IMG/VR virus record: IMGVR_UViG_3300016672_000090
Span: 18,739-82,738 of that record
Length of the DNA: 64,000 nt
DNA from: a virus
Lineage: Duplodnaviria > Caudoviricetes
Strand: one strand, 5' to 3'
Below the pieces are notes generated by a model. The model did not search any database, was not told the DNA's origin, and saw only the letters and a program-made list of their open reading frames with translations. Below, one piece after another: positions 9,802 to 19,498 of the stretch; position 1 is the stretch's first letter; every line of letters begins with the position of its first letter. Made by a program: the position numbers and the translations under genes.

Positions 9802-10308
9802 TTATTGCTTTGTCTTCTCCTGGTCCGTCACAGGCCCACTCTTTTTAGGCCGAAGCGCCGCTATTACTTGCTGGTATAGCACTTTCGAAACACCTCGCTG
9901 ACCGCTTGGCGAATCCATGATTTGGGCGATCTTCTTTTTGCTGCGCCCTGCCCATTCTGGATCCAGGTCGTACTTGGCCAGCTTGCGAACCAAACGAGTG
10001 CCCCGCGCCAATGATGCGCGCAACTCACGCTCAGGTAGCGGCTGATCGAAGTAGCCAAACGGGACGCCGATCACGTATTCCAAGCGCCTAGCCAGCTTTT
10101 CGGTAATCCCCGCCCGGCCATTACACGCCACGCTGACCTGATTCGACAAAATGTGCAGCTCCTTCTCTGGCAGGTGCCGGAACAGATCGAGACGCACCCC
10201 CTCGGCTTTAAGGTCGACGTACAAATAAAACCGTCGCTGCCTTTCCTGATAGCTGGCTTGCACGGCCTCTTCGTCAGTGCACGCCCCCTCAAACACTTCC
10301 AAATTCAT
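9802..10308 (-). CDS. Repressor-like HTH protein
   Basis: ITEKLARRLEYVIGVPFGYFD resembles the XRE HTH tail; divergent from ssb across an AT-rich spacer. Confidence 0.55.
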   Translation of the reverse strand: MNLEVFEGACTDEEAVQASYQERQRRFYLYVDLKAEGVRLDLFRHLPEKELHILSNQVSVACNGRAGITEKLARRLEYVIGVPFGYFDQPLPERELRASLARGTRLVRKLAKYDLDPEWAGRSKKKIAQIMDSPSGQRGVSKVLYQQVIAALRPKKSGPVTDQEKTKQ

Positions 10309-10464
10309 TGTCGCTACAGCCTTAATTCTGTTGGGTATGTACAGATACTAAACCATGAATACATAAAAGCGCTGTTTTAAATGCTTATAACCCATTATCG
10401 TATGTCCAGAGCGGTGGGTTTTTCGTACCATCCGTGTATAGGGATTGTTAAGGAGAGGTCTTTT

Positions 10465-11001
10465 ATGGCTCGCGGAGTCAACAAAGTGATACTGGTTGGT
10501 ACGTGCGGGCAAGACCCAGAGGTCCGCTACCTACCCAACGGAAATGCAGTCACCAATCTGAGCCTGGCAACCAGCGAGCAGTGGACCGATAAGCAGACCG
10601 GCCAGAAAGTTGAGAAGACGGAATGGCACCGGGTAAGCATGTTCGGCAAGGTTGCTGAAATCGCCGGTGAGTACCTGCGTAAGGGCTCTCAGGTCTATAT
10701 CGAGGGCAAGCTACAAACCCGCGAGTGGGAGAAGGACGGTATCAAGCGCTACACCACTGAAATCGTCGTGGATATGCAAGGCACCATGCAGCTGCTGGGG
10801 GGCCGTCCACAGGGCGAACAGCAATCCCAGCAACAACAGCGGCCAGAACGCCAACCGCCAGCGCAGCGCCAGCAACAGCCGCAACAGCAACAGCAGAATC
10901 AGCAGCGCGCAGCAGGCCATCAAGGCGGTGCAGGGCCTGACTTTGACTCGTTCGACGACAACATACCATTTGCCCCTGTGCACCACCTGCAAGGCGCCTA
11001 A
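10465..11001 (+). CDS. ssb: Single-stranded DNA-binding protein
   Basis: [12 protein letters not shown]...TEWHRV...FDDNIPF; AGGAGAG RBS; Q-rich linker. Confidence 0.96.
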   Translation: MARGVNKVILVGTCGQDPEVRYLPNGNAVTNLSLATSEQWTDKQTGQKVEKTEWHRVSMFGKVAEIAGEYLRKGSQVYIEGKLQTREWEKDGIKRYTTEIVVDMQGTMQLLGGRPQGEQQSQQQQRPERQPPAQRQQQPQQQQQNQQRAAGHQGGAGPDFDSFDDNIPFAPVHHLQGA

Positions 11002-11051
11002 CTCAACGTGGGCCACCTGGCCCGCGCTTACCTTTACATCTAAGGACACTC

Positions 11052-11972
11052 ATGTTTTTCAAGAATCTGCTGGTCTACCGCCTCACCCAGCCTCTAACCG
11101 TTGATGCTGCGGCGCTGCAATTAGCGCTGGCTACCAAACCGGCTCGCGAGCCTGGCTCTCAAGAGCTGGGCACCTACGGGTTTATCGCGCCCTATGGCAA
11201 AGGTGAAGAGGCGCCGCTGGTATACGAGAGCAATGGCTACCTGCTGATTGCTACCCGCAAGGCTAACCGTCAGTTGCCTGGATCTGTGGTGCGTGAAGCT
11301 GTGGCTGCCAAGGTCGAAGTAATCGAGGCCGAGCAGATGCGCAAGGTCTACAAAAAAGAGCGCGACCAGATCAAGGACGAAATCATTCAGGCGCTTTTGC
11401 CGCATGCCTTTGTGCGCAACTCCCGCACCTTCGCCGCAATTGACCTCAAAGCGGGGTTGATTCTCGTCAATACGTCCAGCGCGAATACCGCCGAGGACTT
11501 GCTGTCGACCCTGCGCGAGGTTATCGGCACGCTGCCAGTGCGCCCGCTGGCAGTAAAGGTTGCCCCGAGCGCCAGCATGACGGACTGGGTAAAAACTGAG
11601 AAAGCACCGGAAGGCTTCTTTCTGCTCGACAGCGCTCAACTACGCGATACCCACGAGGACGGCGGGACCATCATCGCGCGCGGGCAGGATCTGACCAGCG
11701 ACGAAATCAAGCTGCACCTGAGCACGGGGAAGGTCATCACCCAGCTGTCCATGGCCTACCAGGACAAGCTGTCATTTGTGCTCAACGACAAGCTGACTAT
11801 CAGCCGCCTGCGCTTTGAAAGCGTCTTGACCGATCAGGCGAACGCGGATGGGGGAGATGAGGCGGACGGCCAGTTTGCATCGAGCTTTGTGCTGATGATG
11901 CTGACCCTGCATGCGTTCTTTGGCGGGCTGGTTGACGCGCTGGGAGGCGAGGAAGTCCCTCAATCGATTTAA
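11052..11972 (+). CDS. rdgC: Recombination-associated protein RdgC
   Basis: [11 protein letters not shown]...[11 protein letters not shown]...DLTSDEI. Confidence 0.95.
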   Translation: MFFKNLLVYRLTQPLTVDAAALQLALATKPAREPGSQELGTYGFIAPYGKGEEAPLVYESNGYLLIATRKANRQLPGSVVREAVAAKVEVIEAEQMRKVYKKERDQIKDEIIQALLPHAFVRNSRTFAAIDLKAGLILVNTSSANTAEDLLSTLREVIGTLPVRPLAVKVAPSASMTDWVKTEKAPEGFFLLDSAQLRDTHEDGGTIIARGQDLTSDEIKLHLSTGKVITQLSMAYQDKLSFVLNDKLTISRLRFESVLTDQANADGGDEADGQFASSFVLMMLTLHAFFGGLVDALGGEEVPQSI

Positions 11973-12101
11973 CCCAAACAGTAGACGAAAAAAAGCCACG
12001 CAGGCCCTAGAGCTTGCGCGGCTTTTTCCCACTTTAATCGCCAGAGAAAAGTGGCCGCATTATTCAGCGTCCGCACTCGATAAGCAAGGAACCTACCCGC
12101 C

Positions 12102-12365
12102 ATGCGCTTAGTGTTTAACGGTAAACACACCGTAACCCAAGGCAAAGCTCCTAAAAAGCGCCTCAAGTGGACTGGTACAGTCACGGTTAGCGGTCCAACA
12201 GGCGCTGCCATTGAGGTGCCATGGCAAACCCATAACGGCCAACCACTCACCTATGCCGAAGCCAAAGATGCCATTTGGCGGGCCTGCCGCAAGTCCGAAG
12301 AGGCCTATTTTGAGGCCTACAACAGCCAAGCGGATCACGTCACCTTCATGCTCGAATGCCGATGA
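12102..12365 (+). CDS. Hypothetical protein
   Basis: 87 aa, AAGGA RBS, coupled to next ORF. Confidence 0.55.
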   Translation: MRLVFNGKHTVTQGKAPKKRLKWTGTVTVSGPTGAAIEVPWQTHNGQPLTYAEAKDAIWRACRKSEEAYFEAYNSQADHVTFMLECR

Positions 12366-12859
12366 ACTACTTAACCCGCGCTAATGATGGAAGTACCGAT
12401 TTTTCATTAAAAAAAATGGTTTTTTCGACTGAAATTAGCGCCAAAGTTCAAAGCGGGGCGGCGAGCCTGGTTATCGTCCCTGTTGATCCTCAGCCGGTAA
12501 TTAACCATCAGGAACTTGCCGCTGTAGGCCTGAGTATCGACGATGCGCCGGCCCTGATGCGCGCTGTCCGGATCGCTTTTCAAGTCGGGCTTATCGGGCG
12601 TGAAATCGTACCGATCCAAAATGGCCACGCTTTCGAACTGCTGCAAGAGCTGCCACTGCAAAAGCTGGCGCGATTCGGTACCGGGCGCGTCAAAAGCATA
12701 GGCATAACCCGCTTTGCCGATATTTGCATGCACGATTTGATAGCGTGCGGTTATACGACCTTGGTTGAATTCCAAAGCTACTGGGCAAGCTGCCTTCCAA
12801 ATACGCCAGCAGAAACCAACCCGTGGTGCTGGCTAATTCACTTTGAATTCAAGGGGTAA
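12362..12859 (+). CDS. Putative ASCH/PUA-like protein
   Basis: C-terminal F..YW...NPWCWLIHF typical of ASCH-like phage proteins; ATGA coupling. Confidence 0.5.
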   Translation: MNYLTRANDGSTDFSLKKMVFSTEISAKVQSGAASLVIVPVDPQPVINHQELAAVGLSIDDAPALMRAVRIAFQVGLIGREIVPIQNGHAFELLQELPLQKLARFGTGRVKSIGITRFADICMHDLIACGYTTLVEFQSYWASCLPNTPAETNPWCWLIHFEFKG

Positions 12860-12862
12860 CAT

Positions 12863-13192
12863 ATGCTTTCAATTGCCATATTCGCTCTGTGCATTGCACT
12901 GACGTTTGTATACCGGGCGCTCAACCCTGTTCTTCATCAAGAGCCCAAGCTGGCTAAGCGTTTCCGCGTTGGTGTCGGCGCCATCATCATGGGTTTGAGC
13001 GTGACTGTAGGCTACCTATTCCCTGTCGAGATTGGCCGAGCGCTGAATCACCAGCAGCAGTACCAATCTCAGCTCCAGAGTGAAAAAACTGAACGCCGAA
13101 TGGCATCAGAACAGAGGCACGCCGCCCGCATGATTGAGATTTTTGGCAGTTCTGAAAAATACTTAGCATACATTTCAGGCCAAAAACGCTAA
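12863..13192 (+). CDS. Membrane protein
   Basis: Two hydrophobic segments then a coiled tail. Confidence 0.6.
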   Translation: MLSIAIFALCIALTFVYRALNPVLHQEPKLAKRFRVGVGAIIMGLSVTVGYLFPVEIGRALNHQQQYQSQLQSEKTERRMASEQRHAARMIEIFGSSEKYLAYISGQKR

Positions 13193-13523
13193 AAAACGCC
13201 TTTCTGAAACGACCGTTTATCTGAAACGCCCCCTCCCCTCGACATAACCGCACCGCCCTGCACGTCGACCTTTGAAGGTCGTATGTGGGGACGAGTGTGG
13301 GTTTGATCACACCTCAAAACCTCAAAACGCCAGCCCGCCTAGGGTTTACGGCTGTCTGATCGGGGATACCATATCCCCAGTACTTCCGGCACTATCCGCG
13401 CCGTTTTGAGTCCTACACCCAACCAAATTTCAAACTGTCTAGCTCCAAAAGGCCGTGTCTTTCTCTAAATAAGCACTTTTACGGCCTCAATTTACAAATC
13501 GCGCATAAAAGGTAATACACAAT
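13193..13523. other. Candidate attP region
   Basis: 330-bp non-coding DNA upstream of the integrase with short direct repeats (CTGAAAC x2, CTCAAAAC x2), GTGGG arm-like sites and hairpins; core not identified. Confidence 0.35.
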
Positions 13524-14732
13524 ATGGCTCTCACTCAGAAGGCTGTTCAGAACATCACTGTCCCTGCTACATACCAAGATAAGAATGGCTTAGCGTTACG
13601 AGTAACAAAGACCGGCTCTAAATCCTGGATCTTTCGATACCAGAAAGATGGGCGCCGTCACGATGCGGGACTGGGATCGTTCCCGCTCGTGTCGCTGGCG
13701 GATGCTCGCGCCGCCTGCTTAGAAATGCGGGTTCAAATCAACAGCGGAATTGATCCGCTGATTGAAAAACACCAGAAAACTAAGCAAACAATTACGTTTC
13801 AAGATGAAGCTCTTGAAAGGATTGAACGCTACAAACACGACTGGTCGGCAAAGCACGCAGCGCAGTGGTTCAGCTCGCTACGCGACCATGTATTCCCAAA
13901 AATTGGCTTGATGCCGGTAAGCGAAGTAGATACTGACGCGGTTATGTCAGTACTAGAGCCTATTTGGCGTGAATTGCCAGAGTCGGCCAGGCGTGTACGG
14001 AACCGCATAGAGCTGGTGCTCGACTTCGCAAAGACACGCGGTCACCGCACCGGGGATAACCCGGCCCGCTGGCGTGGACATCTGCAAAACATCCTGTCGA
14101 GGACAACGCCAGAAACGACACACCTTGAATCTATGCCCTACTCGCGGCTGCCAGGATTTATGGAGAAATTGGAGGGTGATATCACTCGCCCTGCACGATG
14201 CCTACAATTCGTAATATTGACAGCTTGTCGTAGCGGCGAAGCAATGGGTGCTGAATGGGATGAAATCGACTTTGAAACCAAGACGTGGAACATCCCTGCC
14301 GAACGCATGAAAAACCGGCTGCCCCATCAGATCCCTTTGAGTGATGCGGCAATGAATATCCTAAAGGATGTTCATACACGGGGGAAAAGCCACCTCATTT
14401 TCCCGAACCGCACGCTTAAAGGAATCATGGCAAACAACTCACTGCGGCGCGTCCTGATCCGCTATGGGGAAACTGCTACTCCCCACGGTTTTCGTACCAC
14501 ATTCCGCATGTGGGCGGCTGAGAAAACTAAGTTCCCTGATGAGCTTTGTGAAGTGGCCCTATCGCACTCGGTGGGCAATGCTACTACTCGGGCATACAAC
14601 CGTGGGAACCTGCTAGAGCGCCGGCGTCCAATGATGGAACGTTGGGCAAAGTTCGCTATGGAGCGTGCTACTCCGCCGAAACGAATTGAAAAGCATAAAT
14701 CTCCTGACAATCCGAAGGGCACTCATGAATAA
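13524..14732 (+). CDS. int: Tyrosine integrase, P4/IntA type
   Basis: Arm-binding N-terminus (GLALRVTKTGSKSWIFRY), LTACRSGE, HGFRTTF, LSH, AYNR catalytic motifs. Confidence 0.93.
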   Translation: MALTQKAVQNITVPATYQDKNGLALRVTKTGSKSWIFRYQKDGRRHDAGLGSFPLVSLADARAACLEMRVQINSGIDPLIEKHQKTKQTITFQDEALERIERYKHDWSAKHAAQWFSSLRDHVFPKIGLMPVSEVDTDAVMSVLEPIWRELPESARRVRNRIELVLDFAKTRGHRTGDNPARWRGHLQNILSRTTPETTHLESMPYSRLPGFMEKLEGDITRPARCLQFVILTACRSGEAMGAEWDEIDFETKTWNIPAERMKNRLPHQIPLSDAAMNILKDVHTRGKSHLIFPNRTLKGIMANNSLRRVLIRYGETATPHGFRTTFRMWAAEKTKFPDELCEVALSHSVGNATTRAYNRGNLLERRRPMMERWAKFAMERATPPKRIEKHKSPDNPKGTHE

Positions 14733-14770
14733 AAAAGGCCGGAGGTTTTAATCTCCGACCTCTATTTTTT
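14731..14770. terminator. Bidirectional intrinsic terminator
   Basis: A-tract, GGCCGGAG/CTCCGACC stem, T-tract between convergent genes. Confidence 0.65.
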
Positions 14771-14806
14771 ACCTACATTTCAGGTAGGGAAAATTAGCAT
14801 GGGTGC

Positions 14807-15070
14807 TCATTGGCAGGCTGTAACCGCTGCCAGTAGCTTGATTTCGTAGGCTTGATGCTGGAGACGCTCAGCCAGTAAGGCCCGCACCTTTACCTCAAGA
14901 GGGTCAGTCTTTTTCAAGATGTCGGTTGCGAAGGCAGGCACCTCAACGCTTTTCGTTCGGCATGGGACCAGTACCGGTACTTCGACGCGAACGGTACGGA
15001 CTTCGGGTGGTTGTACGGCGCATCCCGCCAGGGCCAGCAAGGCCAGCCCACCAAAAAGTTGAGCTTTCAT
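14807..15070 (-). CDS. Outer-membrane spanin (Rz1-like lipoprotein)
   Basis: Signal peptide with LAGC lipobox, Pro-rich VEVPVLVPC. Confidence 0.8.
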   Translation of the reverse strand: MKAQLFGGLALLALAGCAVQPPEVRTVRVEVPVLVPCRTKSVEVPAFATDILKKTDPLEVKVRALLAERLQHQAYEIKLLAAVTACQ

Positions 15071-15426
15071 AGACCAAGCTCCAGGTCAATTACAGTCGTG
15101 GCCGCTGCACACTCGTCGCCACCGATCCGCTCAGTCAGTACGCGGATTGCATTGCTTTCATAGGGCTGGGCCTTAGTGCTGGCTTCTTCCTGTGCCTTTT
15201 TTGCGGCTTGCTCGCGGGCATCACCCTGGCGCCTCAGCTCGCCTAGCTGTTGGCCCTGCTCTGTGGTCAGAGCTACACAGCTGTCACGCTCGCCTGTGAC
15301 TGTGGCGAGGCTCCTATTTGCAGTATCGAGTTGAGGCCGGTAGTTACTATTAGACAGCCACATTCCGCCGCCGGCGCCAATGAGCAATAGAAGGACCGCT
15401 ACCAGAATGTTATCCGTGAGGCTCAT
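15067..15426 (-). CDS. Inner-membrane spanin (Rz-like)
   Basis: N-terminal TM helix plus coiled coil, adjacent to the o-spanin. Confidence 0.78.
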   Translation of the reverse strand: MSLTDNILVAVLLLLIGAGGGMWLSNSNYRPQLDTANRSLATVTGERDSCVALTTEQGQQLGELRRQGDAREQAAKKAQEEASTKAQPYESNAIRVLTERIGGDECAAATTVIDLELGL

Positions 15427-15773
15427 AGGCATTCTTCCTTCCAGCACGGTAGATCAACCGTCTGACCGGCCAGCGCATGTGTACAGTCCCCTAGGAACTG
15501 GATGCGCCCACCAGTCACGAACGAATGACAGACCTTCTTTACGTCCTTGGAAGCGTCATCAAACTCACTCGGTTTGTCACTCGGCTCACTCCATGTCACC
15601 AGCACCGAGGGGGTGAAGGTAGGCTTATCAGCATCCCCATCCCAGCCCCATCGTGGTCCGGCGCCAGGCCCGTGATTTATACCGTGGACAGTGGCACAGC
15701 CAGGGCACTCAAAAAACAGACTCCCCTCTGAGCCAGTGGCCAGGACTCGGGATAACCGGCGCCAGCCGCTCAC
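15423..15773 (-). CDS. DUF6527-like Cys/His protein
   Basis: F.CPGC...H...W.WDG...PTFTPSVL...CHSFVTGG.IQFL.DC.H. Confidence 0.65.
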   Translation of the reverse strand: MSGWRRLSRVLATGSEGSLFFECPGCATVHGINHGPGAGPRWGWDGDADKPTFTPSVLVTWSEPSDKPSEFDDASKDVKKVCHSFVTGGRIQFLGDCTHALAGQTVDLPCWKEECL

Positions 15774-16213
15774 GGCACGTCCTTGAAAAAGACATGGTGA
15801 CCGAGTTTAAGCGTCTGCTTTGCCTTCGCCGCCCAAGCTGGTGGCTTCGGCATGGTGGTCGCGTAGTAGTGGGTCGCGCCATTGGTTGGGTCGGGGATTG
15901 AACCATTCACCACTGAGGTGGCCACCGCCAGCGCCTTCTTGTACTCGCCAGCCGGGATAGGCTTCGCACCGCGTAAAAAAGGGGAATTTGGATCGTTGGA
16001 ATTCCAGCAGCTGAACTGCCAAGGCTTTTGGCAGACGCCTGCATAGCCTTCACCCCACCATGACTTGACCTTGCCATCGAACACGCGGTTACGGATGGTC
16101 CAGGCGCACGCTTCCATTCCGGCCTGGCTCTCGCCACGGGCCTCGCCCCAAAGTGTGCGGGCAAGAATATCGATGTCCGCCGCGCTGGCTGAACTTTTCA
16201 GATTAGGCTGCAT
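15770..16213 (-). CDS. Endolysin, SleB/Hydrolase_2 cell wall hydrolase
   Basis: DILARTLWGEARGE, QFSCWN, GATHYY, HVFF. Confidence 0.9.
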   Translation of the reverse strand: MQPNLKSSASAADIDILARTLWGEARGESQAGMEACAWTIRNRVFDGKVKSWWGEGYAGVCQKPWQFSCWNSNDPNSPFLRGAKPIPAGEYKKALAVATSVVNGSIPDPTNGATHYYATTMPKPPAWAAKAKQTLKLGHHVFFKDVP

Positions 16214-16457
16214 CGGGTTCTTCCCCTTGGATGGTCTTGCTGAGGTAGTGAAGGCCGAGGTTTGCGGCCTTGGCGACGGCGGAAAGTACCCCGTAGATAA
16301 CGGGATCAAAAGGCGGGTTGTCGCTATACAGAGCCATAATCCCAACAAGCGAATCGAGCAGCAGGCCCACAGCGACGATTTTTGTGTTGTGCGGCTTTAA
16401 CTTCTTGCGCAGTAAGTCTTTGAGGGCAGCCGGCGCTGAGGCCTTATTTGCGCTCAT
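16203..16457 (-). CDS. Putative holin
   Basis: 84 aa, two TM segments, directly upstream of endolysin. Confidence 0.55.
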   Translation of the reverse strand: MSANKASAPAALKDLLRKKLKPHNTKIVAVGLLLDSLVGIMALYSDNPPFDPVIYGVLSAVAKAANLGLHYLSKTIQGEEPDAA

Positions 16458-16749
16458 TGGTACGATCCTTTTCGAGCTGCTCTACCTTGAATTCAAGGCG
16501 CGAAGTTCGCTTCTCTCCAGATGCCTGCTGGAGTCGGAGTTCGCCCGTATTTACCTCAAGCTGGCGGACATCACGCTGCACAAGGGCCATATCTCGCGAG
16601 CTTTGGTTCACTGTGTTTTGGATATTGTCGAGCTTTGTCGTGATGCTACTGCCAATACCAATCAGCAATGCCCCCGCTGCCGTCTGAATCAATCCAAGCC
16701 CCAGCTTGGCCAGCGGCGTATCCATAAATCGCTGTGCATCAGCGGCCAT
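16444..16749 (-). CDS. Putative holin/antiholin
   Basis: One TM helix plus coiled coil; first gene of the lysis cassette. Confidence 0.5.
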   Translation of the reverse strand: MAADAQRFMDTPLAKLGLGLIQTAAGALLIGIGSSITTKLDNIQNTVNQSSRDMALVQRDVRQLEVNTGELRLQQASGEKRTSRLEFKVEQLEKDRTNERK

Positions 16750-16784
16750 ATCGTTGCCCCATAAACCCATGGTTATTTCCCGAT

Positions 16785-16826
16785 ATTGTCTATGGCTATG
16801 CGCCAGCCTTCCGTGGCTGGTTTGCG
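16785..16826 (-). promoter_or_regulatory. Putative late promoter (lysis)
   Basis: CGCAAACC; GACAAT 30 nt after GCAAA. Confidence 0.7.
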
Positions 16827-16830
16827 CGGT

Positions 16831-17079
16831 TCAGACGCCTTTCTTGGCGATGATTTGCGCCACGTTGCCCAGTGATTTAATGATCGCGTCCAGGCGGTTA
16901 AGCTCGGCTTGGACCACCTTGTTTTCGTTTTCTCGCCCGCTCTTCCAGTTGCTGAAAGGCTTGCTTTCGAACAGCTTGCTTACACGGCTACCGGTGAGTT
17001 TCCCGGCCTGTGCCAAGTCCTGCCCGAAGTACAGCGCCAGCTCAGCACGAACAGCGTTATACGACTCCCATAACTGCAC
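16831..17079 (-). CDS. Hypothetical tail-associated protein
   Basis: 82 aa, GTG start, overlaps upstream ORF by 23 nt. Confidence 0.55.
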   Translation of the reverse strand: MQLWESYNAVRAELALYFGQDLAQAGKLTGSRVSKLFESKPFSNWKSGRENENKVVQAELNRLDAIIKSLGNVAQIIAKKGV

Positions 17080-17821
17080 GCGCCCCGATGCTGATGCAGG
17101 AACGGGAAGGAAAAATGGCCGGTGCTAACTCTGGCTCCCCCTCTGCGCGCACGGAAACAGGGTGGGCCACAACGCCGTGGACGCAGGTAACTGCATGCAC
17201 CAGGTGCGCGCCGCTATCACGGACGCTTTCATAGGCATGGAACAGCTTTACGAACTCGGACGCGGGCAGCTTGCGGTGGTTGGCAATGCGCTTCACAAGC
17301 CACGCCTCATAACTGGCATCGTCGACGTAGGGCTCTGGCTCTTCATTAGCGCCACGCACGCACGCCGCTATGGTTGCGCACCACCAGCTAAAATCGGTCG
17401 GCTTGTAGGTTCCGCCAGCGATCAAGGTTTCGATGATTTCAGCCTGATAGCCCAGCAGCGGCGTATACAGCGCATCGTTACCATCAAAACTGAATGGTAT
17501 GTCGCCCACGTAATCGTGGTCCTGAGCATTGATCAGGAAGTCGCTAAAGTTCCCACCGCCCACGGGGAAGTCCGGGCCGTCATCACGGGTGGCTGCCATG
17601 TAGTTGGCCACCACATAAATTCGCTCATTGATCGACCAGAAGCGTGGATCAGCTACTGCATTGGGACGATCCACCGGCTTACAGACTCGGCGCAGCAGCT
17701 CGCTGACCGTGCGCTGCTCGTAGACAGCCGGGATTTCGCACAGCTTCTCCACGTCCTCAATGAGCATTTCGGACATTTCAACCGATATACGGCGTGTATT
17801 TATGGGGTTGATGTACTTCAT
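17057..17821 (-). CDS. Putative tail assembly/stability protein
   Basis: Start MKYIN coupled to upstream stop; tail operon position. Confidence 0.55.
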   Translation of the reverse strand: MKYINPINTRRISVEMSEMLIEDVEKLCEIPAVYEQRTVSELLRRVCKPVDRPNAVADPRFWSINERIYVVANYMAATRDDGPDFPVGGGNFSDFLINAQDHDYVGDIPFSFDGNDALYTPLLGYQAEIIETLIAGGTYKPTDFSWWCATIAACVRGANEEPEPYVDDASYEAWLVKRIANHRKLPASEFVKLFHAYESVRDSGAHLVHAVTCVHGVVAHPVSVRAEGEPELAPAIFPSRSCISIGARAVMGVV

Positions 17822-18525
17822 AGCGTTCCAAAGGAGTCGTATTGGGTGAATGACAGGTTGAGTGCGGCGAACTCGTCTGTACTGCGCGAAAGATTGACCT
17901 CGCACGACACGGGCAGCAGCACCCAGCTTTTGGAATAACCCCGGCCTTCCTCTACGGCGCCATGGGTCACTGTGATGGTGTTGGCGTATTCAGACGGCAA
18001 GCCAAAGGTGCCGTCTGGATGCGCTGCAAGCATGGCCAGTCGGTCAAACCAAGTTTTGATTTCCCCGCCCACGTCGTAGCAGACGATGCGCAGCTCTATC
18101 GGGTCGGCCCCCGTAGGGGCTTGAGTGAAGCCCGAACCAATTTTTACCGGTTCATACCCAAGCTGGACGCTGTTAAAAGACACCTCTGTAGCCAGCAGAT
18201 TGACGCGGGGAGCCGACAACTTGCCCACCGGATCGACGCCGATATGCCATAGATTCGTGCGCTCACGCCGGACGCTGGATGCCTCTTCGTACATTTGGAG
18301 CTGCTTGGCCCAAGACACCCCAGCCAGGATTGTGTTTCCGCCTTCGGAAAACACACTTGTGCGACCAAAAATTGTATCGAGCAGGCTATTGGCCGCACCG
18401 CTCAGATCGCCGTTCAGCAGGTTGCGCGCTGCGGTTGTGTACTTGAGTACTTGGGTGCTCAAGCCCAGCTTGGGCGTTATGGACTCAATGCCCTGATACG
18501 CCAGCCGCTCAAAGATGTTGGCCAT
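17818..18525 (-). CDS. Putative baseplate/tube-initiator protein
   Basis: 235 aa beta-rich tube-like C-terminus; tail operon. Confidence 0.5.
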   Translation of the reverse strand: MANIFERLAYQGIESITPKLGLSTQVLKYTTAARNLLNGDLSGAANSLLDTIFGRTSVFSEGGNTILAGVSWAKQLQMYEEASSVRRERTNLWHIGVDPVGKLSAPRVNLLATEVSFNSVQLGYEPVKIGSGFTQAPTGADPIELRIVCYDVGGEIKTWFDRLAMLAAHPDGTFGLPSEYANTITVTHGAVEEGRGYSKSWVLLPVSCEVNLSRSTDEFAALNLSFTQYDSFGTL

Positions 18526-18929
18526 TAAATCGACCTCACTTCGTACACAAATGTCAGCTGAGGCAAGCGCAGCTCATAGTCCAAAATCGATTGAACGACC
18601 TCGGACACGGTTCTGCCATAAAGCTCAGCGCCCTGGCTTCGGGAGGCCTCCAGCGCCGTAGAGTTCTCTTTCTCGATGTACAGGAGCCACAAGGGGCGGA
18701 TGATCGCCAGTTCGCTGTGCGTCAGCTCCACATCGATGGGTGCCGGCAAGGTGTCAGCGGTATACAGATCGCTGTGCACGGTATCGAGTGACTGCGAACT
18801 GGTCAGCCGGGCATATCCACAGTATTGGCGCACCGCATCGCGCAGATTGCGGCCTATCTGCTCTTCCGTCAGCACACAGCCAATCGGCAGCTCAGCAATG
18901 TACTGTTCAACTAATTGGCTGACTTTCAT
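18525..18929 (-). CDS. Putative virion morphogenesis protein
   Basis: 134 aa in tail operon. Confidence 0.5.
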   Translation of the reverse strand: MKVSQLVEQYIAELPIGCVLTEEQIGRNLRDAVRQYCGYARLTSSQSLDTVHSDLYTADTLPAPIDVELTHSELAIIRPLWLLYIEKENSTALEASRSQGAELYGRTVSEVVQSILDYELRLPQLTFVYEVRSI

Positions 18930-18931
18930 GG

Positions 18932-19405
18932 TTACTGGTTCGCAAACCAGTGGAACGTCATGGTGCCGGCCAGGATGAATACCTGCATATCGTTTTCCCA
19001 GTCACGATCTGGTGTATCCATCACCAAGATGCACTTTTTCAAGTCCTCTTTTTTGGTGTAGTCATCAGGGCGCCCGGCGTAGACGGTAGCGTTGAACTCG
19101 CCACCCTGAGCGATGATCTGCTTTAGGAACTCGCCAGCTTTGTTCTTGCGGGTTTCGTTGATTTGAATCGGGCCTTCCTGCATGGTCTTGTTTTGGGCAG
19201 CCTGGCCCATTTTTTGGCCAAGTGGCCCCCAATGCTCAATCACACCGCCCGCGGTTGCTACCGGCCAAGGGAATTGCTTGCACAGCAGCATCATGTCTTC
19301 AAAGCCTTCGATCACCATGGTGGCGTCGGCCTGGACTGCCTTAGCGCCCATGTCGTTGACGTTTTGAAACGTGCGGCTCAATACCGACATACTGGAAACG
19401 GTCAT
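18932..19405 (-). CDS. Tail tube protein (P1 Tub/BplB-like)
   Basis: 157 aa; IEHWGPLGQKMGQ...IQINET resembles P1 tube-family proteins. Confidence 0.7.
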   Translation of the reverse strand: MTVSSMSVLSRTFQNVNDMGAKAVQADATMVIEGFEDMMLLCKQFPWPVATAGGVIEHWGPLGQKMGQAAQNKTMQEGPIQINETRKNKAGEFLKQIIAQGGEFNATVYAGRPDDYTKKEDLKKCILVMDTPDRDWENDMQVFILAGTMTFHWFANQ

Positions 19406-19440
19406 AAATCACCCTTTGTAAAATTGGTTCACTCCGGGCA

Positions 19441-19482
19441 ATCGTCACATGTAAAAAACCCCGCCAAATGACAGGGTTTGCA
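19441..19482 (-). promoter_or_regulatory. Putative late promoter (tail tube)
   Basis: TGCAAACC; GACGAT 30 nt after GCAAA. Confidence 0.7.
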
Positions 19483-19498
19483 GGGTTTTTCTGGGAAG

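Noticed and set aside
10820-10920. CAG/CAA microsatellite
   Set aside because: Ordinary Gln-rich linker of SSB
13355-13420. tRNA-like att core (…TTCCGGCACTA)
   Set aside because: Resembles a tRNA 3' end only loosely and lacks a T-loop; cannot be assigned without a search
17057-17125. Programmed frameshift joining the two tail-chaperone-like ORFs
   Set aside because: Would need +1/-2 slippage; ATTTTTCC is not a convincing slippery heptamer
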